A stretch of 64,000 nucleotides of DNA from Candidatus Sumerlaeales bacterium (GCA_038243585.1 JBBSQY010000010.1:19802-83801), one strand, 5' to 3'. Shown: positions 39,301 to 49,921, counted from the first letter of the stretch. The notes: generated by a model not told the origin, from the sequence alone. Numbers and translations are program-made.

Positions 39301-42300
39301 ATATTGCCGGTCAACGTACCGCATTTATCTGCCGCACAAATCCGCTTTCTTGAGATTCGGGCACGAAAGATCTGGCGTTTTTTCGAAACATTCAGCGGGT
39401 CTGATAACAATTGGATTCCAGTTGATAATTACCAGGAATACCCCGTTACAGCCACGGCGCGACGTACGTCTCCCACGAATATTGGAATGGGGCTGGTCGC
39501 AAACATCGCAGCTCATGAGTTCGCCTATATTTCTACAGGAATGTTACTCGAGCGCACCGCCAACACTTTAAATACCATGCAGCGCATGGAGAAGTTTCGC
39601 GGACATTTCTTTAACTGGTACGATACTGTGTCGCTCCAGCCTTTAATGCCGAAATACGTTTCTTCTGTAGACAGCGGAAACCTTGCCGGGCATTTGCTCG
39701 TTTTGCGTCAGGGGCTGCTCGCCCTTCAGGAAAAAGCGGTGTTGTGTCCGCAACTTCGCAATGGGGTTGCTCACACCTTACAGGTCATCGTAGATGTCAT
39801 CAATAGCAGATCATCTGAGACATCAAAACCGATTCCTCCAGAATTGCTGGTTCGGTTAAAATCACTGGAAAATCAGCTGGCAAACCCTTGCGCTGGAATT
39901 GCTGAAGCAAAACACCTGCTTACGCTCTTATCCGTTGAAGCAGCCTCTCTTTTCCAAACCTTTGGTCAGGGACTGGATAGCGAAACCTCATACTGGCTTG
40001 ATGCTTTTCAGCACCAGTGTAATGATCTTGTTGCAGACTTGGAGCGCTCTGCTCCATGGACTGAGCTGGTTAAAGAATTAACGGATGTTATTGAGACTCA
40101 GTACTCCGATGATGTTACAAAGCGTGATCTACGGGATTTTTTAATCAATCTGAACGGTCACATTTCTTTGTCTGGACTTGCAAATTTAAGAAACATCGAT
40201 CTGCAGTTTTTGAAAACCGCCCCGGCACAGGACTCCAACTCAGACTCACCAATCGCTGCATTATTGCAGCAGCTAAATGAAGTCCTGCTAGCGGCCAGCG
40301 ACGAAGCGTCTTCAACCATTAAAGAAATAACAACTCTGGCGGATCTTTCCGGACAGCTGGCAAACTTTGAATGGGATTTCCTATACGACAAGTCGAGAAG
40401 TCTTCTTACAATCGGGTACAATGTTGATGAAGTTCGTCGTGATGAAAGCTTTTACGATCTGCTTGCCTCAGAATCCCGGCTCGGTAGTTTTGTCGGTATT
40501 GCTCAGGGGCATTTCCCGCAAAAGCATTGGTTTTCTCTAGGACGGCAGCTCACAACCTCTGGTGGACAGGCGGCTTTGCTTTCCTGGAGCGGCTCTATGT
40601 TCGAGTACCTTATGCCTAACCTGGTCATGCCCAGCTATGATAGTACTTTGCTGGAGGAAACTTGCAGAGCTGTTGTAGACAGGCAGATAGAATACGGCCG
40701 CCAGCGCGGCGTGCCGTGGGGGATTTCAGAATCCGGATATAACGTTGTCAATACCCAGCTGGACTATCAGTACAAGGCTTTTGGTGTGCCAGGACTTGGA
40801 CTGAAACGCGGCCTATCAAAGGATTTGGTCATTGCCCCTTATGCCTCCATGCTGGCGCTGATGATTGAGCCTGAGAAGGCATGTGAAAATATAGAACGAA
40901 TGGTTCTTCAAGGTGCTGAAGGTGCCTACGGGATGTACGAAGCGATTGACTATACCAGCGCTCGCGTGCCTCGCGGCCAGGCGTTTGCCATGGTGAGGTC
41001 ATTTATGTCACATCACCAGGGCATGAGCTTTCTTTCCCTGGCCTATATCCTCCTGAATCGTCCGATGCAGAAGCTATTTGCCATGGATCCCAATTTTCGT
41101 GCGACAGAGCTCCTGCTGCAAGAGCGAATTCCTCAAATTTCCCCGTTTTATCCTCACACAGTAGAGGTGGAAAATATAAGGACCGGCTCGTCTTCTGAAG
41201 AAGATTTAGTCGGCATCTTTAATACGCCAGACACGCAGGTTCCGGTAGTTCAGTTATTGTCCAATGGTCGCTACCACGTTGTTGTTACGGCAGCAGGTGG
41301 TGGATATAGCAGATGGAACGACATGGCTGTTTCGCGATGGAGAGAAGATCCCACTTGCGACAATTGGGGCCAGTTCTGTTATATCCGAGATGTCGAATCT
41401 GGAGAGTTCTGGTCTACGACTCACCACCCCACGCTAAAAACGACCCGCCGATACACAGCAATCTTTTCGCCGGGGCGTGCAGAATTCAGGCGCGTTGACA
41501 AGGACATCGAAGCCTACACAGAGATCGTAGTATCTTCCGATGACGACTTTGAATTGCGCCGCACAACTATTACCAACCGCTCTCTCACGCTGCGCAATAT
41601 TGAAGTGACAAGCTATTCTGAAATTGTACTTGCACCCCAGGCTTCGGACGAAACCCACCCCGCGTTCAGCAATCTTTTTGTCGAAACAGAAATTGTTCCG
41701 ACACACAACGCCATACTCTGCACTCGCCGGAAACGGTCCCCGGAAGAACACCATCCTTGTATGGTGCACATTATGGCAGTTCATTCTGCAAACATAGGTC
41801 CAGCTTCTTACGAAACTGATAGAACTAAGTTTATCGGACGTGGAAATAGCGTTGCAAATCCGGTAGCCATGAAGGTCCCATCCGCACTGTCAGGAAGCGA
41901 TGGCCCCGTGTTGGATCCCATCGTCTCAGTCCGGCGCACTGTTACCCTGGAACCTGGCGAAATCGCCATTGTAGATATTATTACCGGAATTAGTGAATCT
42001 CGCGAGCTTGCGCTGGACTTTCTCGGTCGATATCAGGATCGACATCAGGCAGATCGGACCATCGAACTTTCCTGGACTCACGAGCGCATACTGTTTCGCC
42101 ACCTTGCTTTATCCCGGAGCGTTCTACAGATATATCAGCAGCTGGCTAGCGCTGTGATTTTTGTCAGCAAAGCGTATCGGGCGCCAACGGCTACCCTTGA
42201 ACTGAACAAGCGAGCGCAGCCAGGTCTGTGGTCGCTAGGCATATCCGGTGATCTACCCATTGTCCTGCTACGTGTGGAGGATATGGCCCACCTGGCTTTG

Positions 42301-45069
42301 GTCCGCGAAACCCTTCACGTTCATGCCTACTGGCATGAAATGGGATTAAAAACCGATCTCGTTATCTTAAACGAAGACCGCTCTGGATATAGACAGTTAC
42401 TCCACGATGAGTTACTAGGGCTGATAGCTATAAGTGGTGAGCTGATTGACCGCCCCAGCGGGATTTTTCTGCGCCATAGCGATCAGATGACTGAGGATGA
42501 TCGAGTACTGCTGCAAGTCGCATCGCGGGTAATCCTTAGTGGCAACGATGGCTCGCTGGCCAATCATGCGGAACGGCGTCGTGCTAAGAATCCTGTCATT
42601 CCCAAACTGGAAAGATCGTTTAGGGCACGCCAGGATGATCCACCACCCATGCAGCCGCCTTTCCGCGAGCTTTCCTTCTATAACGGATTTGGTGGGTTTA
42701 CTCCCGATGGACGCGAATACGTCATTACAACTGACAGAAGAATCCGTACTCCAGCGCCTTGGGTTAACGTAATTGCAAACCCATACTTTGGTACCGTTGT
42801 TACAGAAAGCGGAGGTGGATACACCTGGCGGGAAAATGCCCATGAGTATCGTTTAACCCCATGGTCAAATGATCCCGTCAGTGACTCAACAGGTGAAGCT
42901 ATCTACATTCGTGACGAAGAGACTGGATCGCTGTGGTCACCAACACCATTGCCGGCTCGCAGCACAAACTCTTATGTCACACGCCATGGGTTTGGCTACA
43001 CGGTATTTGAGCATGAGTACCAGGGTATCATTACAGAGCTTTGGATTTATGTCGCAATGGATGCTGGAGTAAAATTCTCAGCGCTTAAGATACGCAACGC
43101 CTCTGGTAGACCCCGTCGGCTGTCTACGACTGCCTACGTAGAATGGGTGCTTGGAGAACTGCGTCGAAAGACCATGATGCACGTCAAAACCGAAGTGGAC
43201 TTACAGACCGGTGCGCTATTCGCCACCAACCCGTATAACTCAGAAATGGGAGATCGCGTAGCGTTTCTGGATGTAAACGTCCGCGAGCGTACCGTCACTG
43301 GCGACCGAACCGAATTCCTCGGCCGAAACGGAACAATGAGAAAGCCGGCAGCGCTTTCTCGTGTGCGGCTATCGAACAGGACCGGTCTTGCAATGGATCC
43401 TTGTGGCACCATTCAGGTGAAGTTGGATCTCGCAGACGGAGAAACTCGTGATATCGTTTTTCTTTTAGGGGCGGGGCGCGACAGGGATGACGCACGGGCA
43501 CTGGTGGAGCGATTCAACAAATTTGAACAGCCGCTCCAGGTCCTGGATAGCGTCTGGCAATACTGGAATAATACATTGGGCGGCATTAACATCGTAACAC
43601 CCGACAAATCCGTCGACCTCCTCGCCAATGGCTGGCTTCTATACCAATCCATTTCTTCGCGGATGTGGGGCCGAAGCGGCTTCTACCAATCCGGCGGAGC
43701 TTTTGGATACCGCGATCAGTTGCAGGATGCTATGGCACTTATCCATGTGCAGCCGGTCCAGTTGCGCGACCATCTTTTGCTGAGCGCAGGCCGTCAATTC
43801 CTTGAAGGCGATGTTCAGCACTGGTGGCACCCCCCTGCTGGACGAGGGGTTCGCACCCATTGCTCAGACGACCTCTTGTGGCTGCCTCTGGCCGTGTGCA
43901 GGTATGTAGATGCCATTGGAGATACTGGCATACTGGACGAACAGATAGAGTATCTGCAAGCGCCGCTTTTGGATCAGAACCAAGAAGCTCATTATGACCT
44001 TCCGGCACAATCTGGCCAGTCAGGCTCTCTATATGACCATTGTGTAAGGGCCCTCGAAAAAGGTCTGACTTCCGGCGCTCATGGTCTGCCGCTGATTGGT
44101 GGATGCGACTGGAACGACGGCATGAACCTGGTAGGTGCAGAAGGTAAGGGAGAGAGCGTGTGGCTGGCATTCTTCCTATACGACATCCTTCATAAATTCT
44201 CAAAACTGGCTGAGCAGCGGGGAGACCAGCAATTTGCTATGCGCTGCCTCTCTGAAGCAACACGCCTTCAGGAAAATGTGGAAAAACACGCGTGGGATGG
44301 TGAGTGGTACCGCCGCGCATACTATGATAATGGCGAGCCAATGGGATCTGCATCCCGAGATGAATGCCAGATAGATTCCCTTTGCCAAAGCTGGGCAGTC
44401 CTTTCAGGTGCGGGTGATCCTGAGCGAGTAAAGATCGCTATGGCGTCCCTGGATAAGCGCTTGGTCCGATCGGACGGCTCCCTCATCCTTCTCCTTGATC
44501 CGCCCTTCGACGACTCTGATCAGGAACCTGGCTACATCAAAGGCTATGTTCCTGGCGTCAGAGAAAACGGAGGACAATATACCCATGCTGCCATATGGAC
44601 AGTAATGGCATTTGCACGCTCTGGCGATGCCGCCCGCGCATGGGAGCTTTTCCGGTTAATCAACCCGATCAACCACTCATCCACCCCCGACCTGGTTTCC
44701 ACCTATCGCGTAGAACCCTACGTGGTTGCGGCGGATGTTTACGGGGCAGAGCCGCATGTGGGCCGAGGTGGCTGGACGTGGTATACCGGTTCAGCATCGT
44801 GGATGTACCGTTTGATTATTGAATCACTTCTCGGATTGGACCGCAAGATTGACATGCTGCACCTTGCGCCATGTCTTCCTTCAGACTGGCCATCATTGCA
44901 GATACATTACCGCTATTACGAGACGGTGTATCATCTCAATATGACACGGACAGGCAGCAGCAACAGCATTACCAGGATATTAATTGACGGAGTAGAGCAG
45001 AATTCGAAGACAGCTATTAAGATGGAGAACGATCATATAGATCACTCCGTCTCCATAGAGATAGGTTAA
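36316..45069 (+). CDS. ndvB: cyclic beta-1,2-glucan synthase (NdvB/ChvB/Cgs; GT84 with C-terminal GH94 phosphorylase domain)
   Basis: 2917 aa; EWLLDNF, ELWAIPIMLR, ERKRGKL, LSHDLIEG, RWIRGDWQ, SWSGSMFEYLMP, QSGGAFGYRDQLQD, DWNDGMN, ENGGQYTH. Confidence 0.93.
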   Translation: MPLTIPPSMKARFRQRSDADKLVRQFGIEQPLNQELLSTQQLGQQARLLAQAHKISDAHRPDQLLPRLSQNEAVLLRTHKIIASAAEQGSEISTIAEWLLDNFHLIEGQIRKARLHLPKSYSRELPRLLNGTHRVYDIVLKLISHSDARLDAENLAWFISEYQQVTSLKLGELWAIPIMLRLGLIENLRRIASKITARHVEYEKAVYWANRLMEQAETDRIKLVVKVAELAMSDVTLESAFVTEFTRRLQGQATEQTFTLAWLDQQLAQKNTSVRQLVQLENHAQAAEQLSISNCIASLRSLDAIDWRDFVESLSYVEKTLRNDPADVYKNSDFSTRDTYRHAIESVSRYSQSTEVEVAELAVKLATDAAIDGIESARKGHVGYYLVGPGLKQLHQAVRARPGFLSNAGDLSRNHALFLYLFSVIALATIVTFFILTSPLGNVSTWLATLLGIATLFLTIQIALDIVNRAAMHIVKPRRLPRMNFEHEIPSEFTTLVTVPTLLTNTQSVEELLEGLEVRFLANRQENIYFSLLTDFPDAPQGQMPGDAELLAQTVTGIESLNEKYGSTNHESPFYLFHRPRLWNNQENVWMGRERKRGKLSDLNALLRGERNGAFAKTVGDIQVLQAVKFVITLDTDTLLPRDSARELIGTLAHILNLPEINESTGCVRHGYGILQPRISTDLPSRSKTIFHNLYGGQPGIDPYTQTVSDVYQDLFYEGSFIGKGIYDVDAFQIALENRLPDNRILSHDLIEGCYARSGLLSDVQLYESYPLRYATDVSRRRRWIRGDWQISLWAFSSPPDKDGNPVCNPLHGISRWKIFDNLRRSVQPAAMTMLFFLAWLTPVPYIWTATIIALLSAPYILTSIINLLKKPVDLPFTVHASRGIKDLLRHVGQLLFSITMLPFEAAFSLDSIFRSLVRMLVTKQHLLEWTTSIDAERSAKSTLTASLYQMSVAPVITIVIGIVIWLFNPHALPVAAPFLIGWFFSPVVAWWVSRILPVNVPHLSAAQIRFLEIRARKIWRFFETFSGSDNNWIPVDNYQEYPVTATARRTSPTNIGMGLVANIAAHEFAYISTGMLLERTANTLNTMQRMEKFRGHFFNWYDTVSLQPLMPKYVSSVDSGNLAGHLLVLRQGLLALQEKAVLCPQLRNGVAHTLQVIVDVINSRSSETSKPIPPELLVRLKSLENQLANPCAGIAEAKHLLTLLSVEAASLFQTFGQGLDSETSYWLDAFQHQCNDLVADLERSAPWTELVKELTDVIETQYSDDVTKRDLRDFLINLNGHISLSGLANLRNIDLQFLKTAPAQDSNSDSPIAALLQQLNEVLLAASDEASSTIKEITTLADLSGQLANFEWDFLYDKSRSLLTIGYNVDEVRRDESFYDLLASESRLGSFVGIAQGHFPQKHWFSLGRQLTTSGGQAALLSWSGSMFEYLMPNLVMPSYDSTLLEETCRAVVDRQIEYGRQRGVPWGISESGYNVVNTQLDYQYKAFGVPGLGLKRGLSKDLVIAPYASMLALMIEPEKACENIERMVLQGAEGAYGMYEAIDYTSARVPRGQAFAMVRSFMSHHQGMSFLSLAYILLNRPMQKLFAMDPNFRATELLLQERIPQISPFYPHTVEVENIRTGSSSEEDLVGIFNTPDTQVPVVQLLSNGRYHVVVTAAGGGYSRWNDMAVSRWREDPTCDNWGQFCYIRDVESGEFWSTTHHPTLKTTRRYTAIFSPGRAEFRRVDKDIEAYTEIVVSSDDDFELRRTTITNRSLTLRNIEVTSYSEIVLAPQASDETHPAFSNLFVETEIVPTHNAILCTRRKRSPEEHHPCMVHIMAVHSANIGPASYETDRTKFIGRGNSVANPVAMKVPSALSGSDGPVLDPIVSVRRTVTLEPGEIAIVDIITGISESRELALDFLGRYQDRHQADRTIELSWTHERILFRHLALSRSVLQIYQQLASAVIFVSKAYRAPTATLELNKRAQPGLWSLGISGDLPIVLLRVEDMAHLALVRETLHVHAYWHEMGLKTDLVILNEDRSGYRQLLHDELLGLIAISGELIDRPSGIFLRHSDQMTEDDRVLLQVASRVILSGNDGSLANHAERRRAKNPVIPKLERSFRARQDDPPPMQPPFRELSFYNGFGGFTPDGREYVITTDRRIRTPAPWVNVIANPYFGTVVTESGGGYTWRENAHEYRLTPWSNDPVSDSTGEAIYIRDEETGSLWSPTPLPARSTNSYVTRHGFGYTVFEHEYQGIITELWIYVAMDAGVKFSALKIRNASGRPRRLSTTAYVEWVLGELRRKTMMHVKTEVDLQTGALFATNPYNSEMGDRVAFLDVNVRERTVTGDRTEFLGRNGTMRKPAALSRVRLSNRTGLAMDPCGTIQVKLDLADGETRDIVFLLGAGRDRDDARALVERFNKFEQPLQVLDSVWQYWNNTLGGINIVTPDKSVDLLANGWLLYQSISSRMWGRSGFYQSGGAFGYRDQLQDAMALIHVQPVQLRDHLLLSAGRQFLEGDVQHWWHPPAGRGVRTHCSDDLLWLPLAVCRYVDAIGDTGILDEQIEYLQAPLLDQNQEAHYDLPAQSGQSGSLYDHCVRALEKGLTSGAHGLPLIGGCDWNDGMNLVGAEGKGESVWLAFFLYDILHKFSKLAEQRGDQQFAMRCLSEATRLQENVEKHAWDGEWYRRAYYDNGEPMGSASRDECQIDSLCQSWAVLSGAGDPERVKIAMASLDKRLVRSDGSLILLLDPPFDDSDQEPGYIKGYVPGVRENGGQYTHAAIWTVMAFARSGDAARAWELFRLINPINHSSTPDLVSTYRVEPYVVAADVYGAEPHVGRGGWTWYTGSASWMYRLIIESLLGLDRKIDMLHLAPCLPSDWPSLQIHYRYYETVYHLNMTRTGSSNSITRILIDGVEQNSKTAIKMENDHIDHSVSIEIG

Positions 45070-45203
45070 CATTCAGCCAATATTGGTAGTGGTAAATAGA
45101 CGCAAAGCTCACCGGGGTAAATGGTTTGGAAAGTATCACCATTAAATCCTGCGTTAGGCTGAAAATTCGACTGCACGGCTTGTCGCTGTCCAGCGCATAC
45201 TTC

Positions 45204-48023
45204 CTATTTTATACGACTTCGGAGGATGAGCTTGCGAACTTCGTCGAACCACAGTACGACAGAAGCAAGTCCGGCGCACACGGCCCAGTGATGGACTTCA
45301 AGTGAGGCCGTTCGGAATGCGACCTGCAGGAACGGCACTTCAACAACCGCGACCTGGAGAATTACGCTAAGAAGAAGAGCACCCCACAGCCACTTATTAG
45401 TAAAGAGCCCGTGAAATGCCGAGGAATATTCCGATCTCGCATTCAGCGCATTAAACAATTGTGCGAACACGAGGGTCGTGAACCCGGCCGTACGTGCGAC
45501 ATCGAGAGAATCACTACCTGGCACGAGGCCGCCTGGCAGAAAGAGGTCGATGGTAAAAAGCGTGACAAGAGCCATCACGAGTCCAATCGAAACAATACCA
45601 CCCCACATGGTCCCATCAATTGCGCGGTCGGTCAGCTTGCGCGGGTTCCTCGCCATTACATCGTCAATTTCCGGATCGACGCCCATGGCCAGCGCCGGTG
45701 CAGAGTCCGTTAAAAGGTTGATCCAGAGTATCTGGGTAGCCAGGAGCGGAAGGACAACCATTTCATTTGAAACCCCCGACAAGCCAACGACCTTGGCTAA
45801 CACAACTCCAAGGAACACCGTAAGCACCTCGCCCATATTCGACGACAGCAGATAACGTAAAAACTTTTTAATATTATCAAAAATAACCCTACCCTGCCTG
45901 ACCGCCGCCACGATGGTCGCGAAGTTATCATCGGCGAGAATCATCCGCGCTGCCTCCTTCGTGACCTCCGTACCAGTAATGCCCATGGCAACACCAATAT
46001 CTGCGGACTTTAGAGCAGGAGCGTCGTTCACACCGTCACCCGTCATGGCTACGATTTGTCCGTCAGCCTGAAGGGCGTCAACAATCCGCATTTTATGTTC
46101 AGGTGCGACCCGCGCGTACACGGAGACCTCACGAACGACACTTAGCAATCCCTTCTCGTCCAGGGCGTCCAGTTCCGTGCCTGTCACGGCGCGCTCCCCC
46201 GGCGAAATAATGCCCAGGTCAGCGGCAATACGGGCAGCAGTTGCAGGGTGATCGCCAGTAATCATTATGATGCGAATCCCAGCCCGGTGTGCCTCAGTGA
46301 TCGCCAAGGCGGCTTCGGCGCGCGGCGGATCAATGATCCCGACAACTCCGGCATATATCATGTCGTGCTCAAGCGACGCATCTGCGGATTCTGCAGACAT
46401 CTCGTCATCGTGGGCTGAACTGCGGTAGGCAACTCCAAGGGTACGGAACGCCTCGGCAGACAGTGCTTCTATTTCTTCTACGGCCCGCTTTCGCAACTCA
46501 TCAGTCAGGTCGACAACATTTTCACCTACCTGCATCCGCGAGCAATTGCCAAGCAGCACATCGGGTGCGCCTTTGCTAAACAACCGATACGTACCGTCTG
46601 TCTTCTCACGATGCACAGTTGACATCATCTTACGTTCAGAAGTGAAAGGGATGTCTGACTGCCGCTCGAAACGATCCATGTGGGTAGTCGTACCCTCGAG
46701 TTTGGCTGCAGCTACAAGGAAGGCCGCCTCGGTCGGATCTCCCTGAATGCTCCAATCGCCATCATTTTCCGCAAGTTGAGCATCATTAGCTAAGGAGCCC
46801 GCCCCCAGCACTAGCTGAATTTCGTACAAAAGGGCATCGTCGGAAAGCGGTTCCTTGCCGTGCAGAACATCACCATCCGGGCGGTACCCCACCCCGGTAA
46901 CCTCTACAGAGCCCGAAGAGGTAACAACGCGTTGGATAGTCATCTCGTTGCGTGTAAGAGTTCCTGTCTTATCTGTGCAAATGACAGATGCAGATCCAAG
47001 TGCCTCGACAGAACTCAGTTTTTTTACCACAGCGTTGCGTTTAGCCATCCTGCGCACGCCGATGGAAAGCACTACGGACAAGATAGCCGGCAGCCCTTCC
47101 GGCACGGCTGCAACGGCAAGAGATACACCGAGCAAAAGAACGACAACAAGGTCACTGATAGACGTCACCCCGTTCATGACTATGATTGTACCCATAACGA
47201 GTATGGCGATGACGATAACAGAAATGCCCAGCATCCTGCCAATGCGTGTAACTTCGACCTGCAACGGAGTCGGCTCTTCAACCGTAGCGTCCAGCATATG
47301 CGCGATGGCGCCCACCTGGGTATCCATTCCAGTGCTTGTGACGATTGCGCGTCCCACTCCCTGGGAGACCGCTGTTCCTTTAAAAACCATATTGAGCCGG
47401 TCCCCTAGTGGGACAGTTTCTGTAAGTGGACGCGGATCCTTAGTTACAGCTTCGCTCTCGCCCGTTAGTGAGGCCTCTGCAACTCGCAACGCACTCGCTG
47501 AAATGAGACGCGCGTCAGCACCGACCGCATCACCTTCTCCAAGCACAAGGATGTCACCTTTAACGAGCTCAGATGACGGGATACTCGCCAGGATTCCGTC
47601 GCGAAGCACAGTTGATGCGGCAGCAGTCATGCTACTCAGAGCCGCAACCGCATCCGCGGCCCTGGCCTCCTGAACAAAACCCAGGATCGCATTGAGAAGG
47701 ATAATCGCCGAAATGACGATCACATCAATTGGCAAGCCATGGCCACCCTCGGCGATCCACGCGCCAAGTGAAATGGCAACTGCAGTGAGCAGCAGGTAGA
47801 TCAATGGGTCCTGAAACTGCGCAAGCAGTTTGCGCCAGGCAGGGATCGCTTTCGTGCCCCGAAGCTCATTGGGACCGAATAAGGTAAGGCGTCGTGCAGC
47901 TTCATTTGACGAGAGACCGACCGCGGGGTCGACGTCTATATCACGCGCAAGATCCGCGTGAGGGACTAAAGAAGGATCGTCAGCAATGTTCTTATTGTCC
48001 ATGTCTTTAGCATCGGTTACCAC
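45204..48023 (-). CDS. cation-transporting P-type ATPase (P2A, Ca2+-type); start may be 48002
   Basis: LTGES, VPEGLP, DKTGTLT, KGAPD, MTGDGVNDAPAL, QILWINLLTD. Confidence 0.95.
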   Translation of the reverse strand: MVTDAKDMDNKNIADDPSLVPHADLARDIDVDPAVGLSSNEAARRLTLFGPNELRGTKAIPAWRKLLAQFQDPLIYLLLTAVAISLGAWIAEGGHGLPIDVIVISAIILLNAILGFVQEARAADAVAALSSMTAAASTVLRDGILASIPSSELVKGDILVLGEGDAVGADARLISASALRVAEASLTGESEAVTKDPRPLTETVPLGDRLNMVFKGTAVSQGVGRAIVTSTGMDTQVGAIAHMLDATVEEPTPLQVEVTRIGRMLGISVIVIAILVMGTIIVMNGVTSISDLVVVLLLGVSLAVAAVPEGLPAILSVVLSIGVRRMAKRNAVVKKLSSVEALGSASVICTDKTGTLTRNEMTIQRVVTSSGSVEVTGVGYRPDGDVLHGKEPLSDDALLYEIQLVLGAGSLANDAQLAENDGDWSIQGDPTEAAFLVAAAKLEGTTTHMDRFERQSDIPFTSERKMMSTVHREKTDGTYRLFSKGAPDVLLGNCSRMQVGENVVDLTDELRKRAVEEIEALSAEAFRTLGVAYRSSAHDDEMSAESADASLEHDMIYAGVVGIIDPPRAEAALAITEAHRAGIRIIMITGDHPATAARIAADLGIISPGERAVTGTELDALDEKGLLSVVREVSVYARVAPEHKMRIVDALQADGQIVAMTGDGVNDAPALKSADIGVAMGITGTEVTKEAARMILADDNFATIVAAVRQGRVIFDNIKKFLRYLLSSNMGEVLTVFLGVVLAKVVGLSGVSNEMVVLPLLATQILWINLLTDSAPALAMGVDPEIDDVMARNPRKLTDRAIDGTMWGGIVSIGLVMALVTLFTIDLFLPGGLVPGSDSLDVARTAGFTTLVFAQLFNALNARSEYSSAFHGLFTNKWLWGALLLSVILQVAVVEVPFLQVAFRTASLEVHHWAVCAGLASVVLWFDEVRKLILRSRIK

Positions 48024-48313
48024 TTACAAAATCTCACACGGTGCATCATTGCAATCACCAGTCTCTGATAGGAAAAAGTTAGTCTCGATTTGATCGAGGA
48101 CCAAAGGAAGACGATCCCTTGTTCAGTTAGTCACAATAACTAATATGGCGAATTCCATAGCCACATAAGTCTACCCGCGGGAAACGCAGAAAAGGCCTCT
48201 TTAGAATTTGACCGCGCGCGACTATCGCAGATTCAGCACCGTCTCAATGTGGCCGATCCCGACATCGATTAAAGCCGGGTAAGACAACGAAGCTTACCAT
48301 CGAAGAATTGGTG

Positions 48314-49921
48314 TTAGTACAGGCTCCAGTCGTTGACATCGCTTGTATATGCCTGGATATGAAAGTAGTCGAACTTTGCTGAGAGTGCCCGCCCGCTTCC
48401 CGGTGACGAGGCGCCCAAGCCAACTTTTATGTCAATAAAGTTGACGGTTTGGGACTCAGCCATCTGCTGCCAGTTGATGCCATTGCCGCTAACCCAAAAA
48501 GTAAAAATGTTATCTGATTTGCGGATACGCATCCAGCAGTCTGCGCCGATGTCGGTAGGCTCCTGCTGCGCCGCGAATACCGCGTTAACCTCTACGCCTA
48601 CCTCGAATTTGCGTCCCGCTATCCATGCTTTGGAGAGCCGGATATAATTATTATGATCCTGCCAGACAAATAGGGATGCCTGCTCGAAGTTTTCGCCGGG
48701 TAAAAAATTGACCTTTGTTTCAATTTCAAAATCCGGGTACGGTGGATACTGGAGAAGTATGTTCTCCTGGTCTGCGGAGTCTGCCTGATAGATGTTTCCG
48801 ACGCGGGTGGTGGCATCTAGAACACCATTGGCGATAGCAAACCGGCTGCCGGCTTCATTGAACACCAGCCAACGATTGCGGTTAAGCGCGGTGCCGCTGA
48901 ACTCGTCGTCACCCCCTAGGGGAAACGGCGGTGCGCCAGAGGGCGCGGCTTGCATGGTCGACGAAGGCGCGCCAGGCACAGTCAGGTGATCGAATCCAGT
49001 GGGCTGATCAACAAACGCAATCTTATCGATAGCAAGCTGGCGGGCTCCGCCGCCGCTAAGCTGCTGATGAGTATGGTAGATCATCCACAGCTCCGTGCCA
49101 TCAGGCGATTGGATGACGGCGCAGTGACCGGGCCCACTGGTACTGGCTGTGCGCCGGACAATAGGATTGCCGCTGAACTTTGTCCACGGGCCCAAGGGAT
49201 TGGTGGCTGTGGCATATCCGACAGCATAGGCCGAAGTAGCATAAGAATGCCCGGAGTAGAGCAGGTAGTAGTAGCCGTTGTGCTTTACAATAAAGGGCGC
49301 TTCGTTCCATTTATTGGAGCCGCCTTCCCAGTTAGCGCTGGGGCTCAGACATAGGGTAAGCCCAGTAGTAAGACCGGTAAGGGTATTATTAAACTTAGCG
49401 ACATAGGTAAAACTTTCATTGTCTGGCGGATCAGATAAAGCCTGGGTACAATAGAGGTATATCTGGCCGTCCGTATCGAAGAAAATATGACCATCGATCC
49501 AGCCTTGACCGTCGTCAAACAGAGGTGCAGCTTCATCGACAAAGGGACCGAGTGGCGAAGCAGACTTGGCGACACATATGCGCTTGTAGCCGTCGCTACC
49601 GCCAGCGGCACTATAGACCATATAGTAAAAGCCATTATGTTTAACGACTTCTGGAGCCCAAAGGCTTGTGCGCCCCCAACTGGAAGCCGTCTTGGTATAG
49701 GCAAAGCCACGGTAACGCCAATTGACAAGGTCAGCAGAAGTCCACACGCGAAAGCCGTTAGACGAGCTGGTGTGGTAAAGGTAATATGTGCCGCCGTCAT
49801 ACAGTACCTGTGGATCAGCAAGGCGAACATCGAGGGGATTGGCAAAGGTGTCGGCACAGGCGGACCGAGTGAAGATAAGTATGGCAACAATAACCATCGA
49901 AAACTGCAGTTTAGTAAACAT
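48314..49921 (-). CDS. GH43 glycoside hydrolase with C-terminal concanavalin-like domain and SDVNDWSLY tail, secreted
   Basis: ADP, WAPE, IDG, NEAPF, GPGH (five-bladed propeller), AKFDYF; signal peptide ..RSACAD. Start probably 49921. Confidence 0.9.
   Translation of the reverse strand: MFTKLQFSMVIVAILIFTRSACADTFANPLDVRLADPQVLYDGGTYYLYHTSSSNGFRVWTSADLVNWRYRGFAYTKTASSWGRTSLWAPEVVKHNGFYYMVYSAAGGSDGYKRICVAKSASPLGPFVDEAAPLFDDGQGWIDGHIFFDTDGQIYLYCTQALSDPPDNESFTYVAKFNNTLTGLTTGLTLCLSPSANWEGGSNKWNEAPFIVKHNGYYYLLYSGHSYATSAYAVGYATATNPLGPWTKFSGNPIVRRTASTSGPGHCAVIQSPDGTELWMIYHTHQQLSGGGARQLAIDKIAFVDQPTGFDHLTVPGAPSSTMQAAPSGAPPFPLGGDDEFSGTALNRNRWLVFNEAGSRFAIANGVLDATTRVGNIYQADSADQENILLQYPPYPDFEIETKVNFLPGENFEQASLFVWQDHNNYIRLSKAWIAGRKFEVGVEVNAVFAAQQEPTDIGADCWMRIRKSDNIFTFWVSGNGINWQQMAESQTVNFIDIKVGLGASSPGSGRALSAKFDYFHIQAYTSDVNDWSLY

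Noticed and set aside
46855..47673. 272-aa plus-strand ORF
   Set aside because: Antisense shadow of the P-type ATPase
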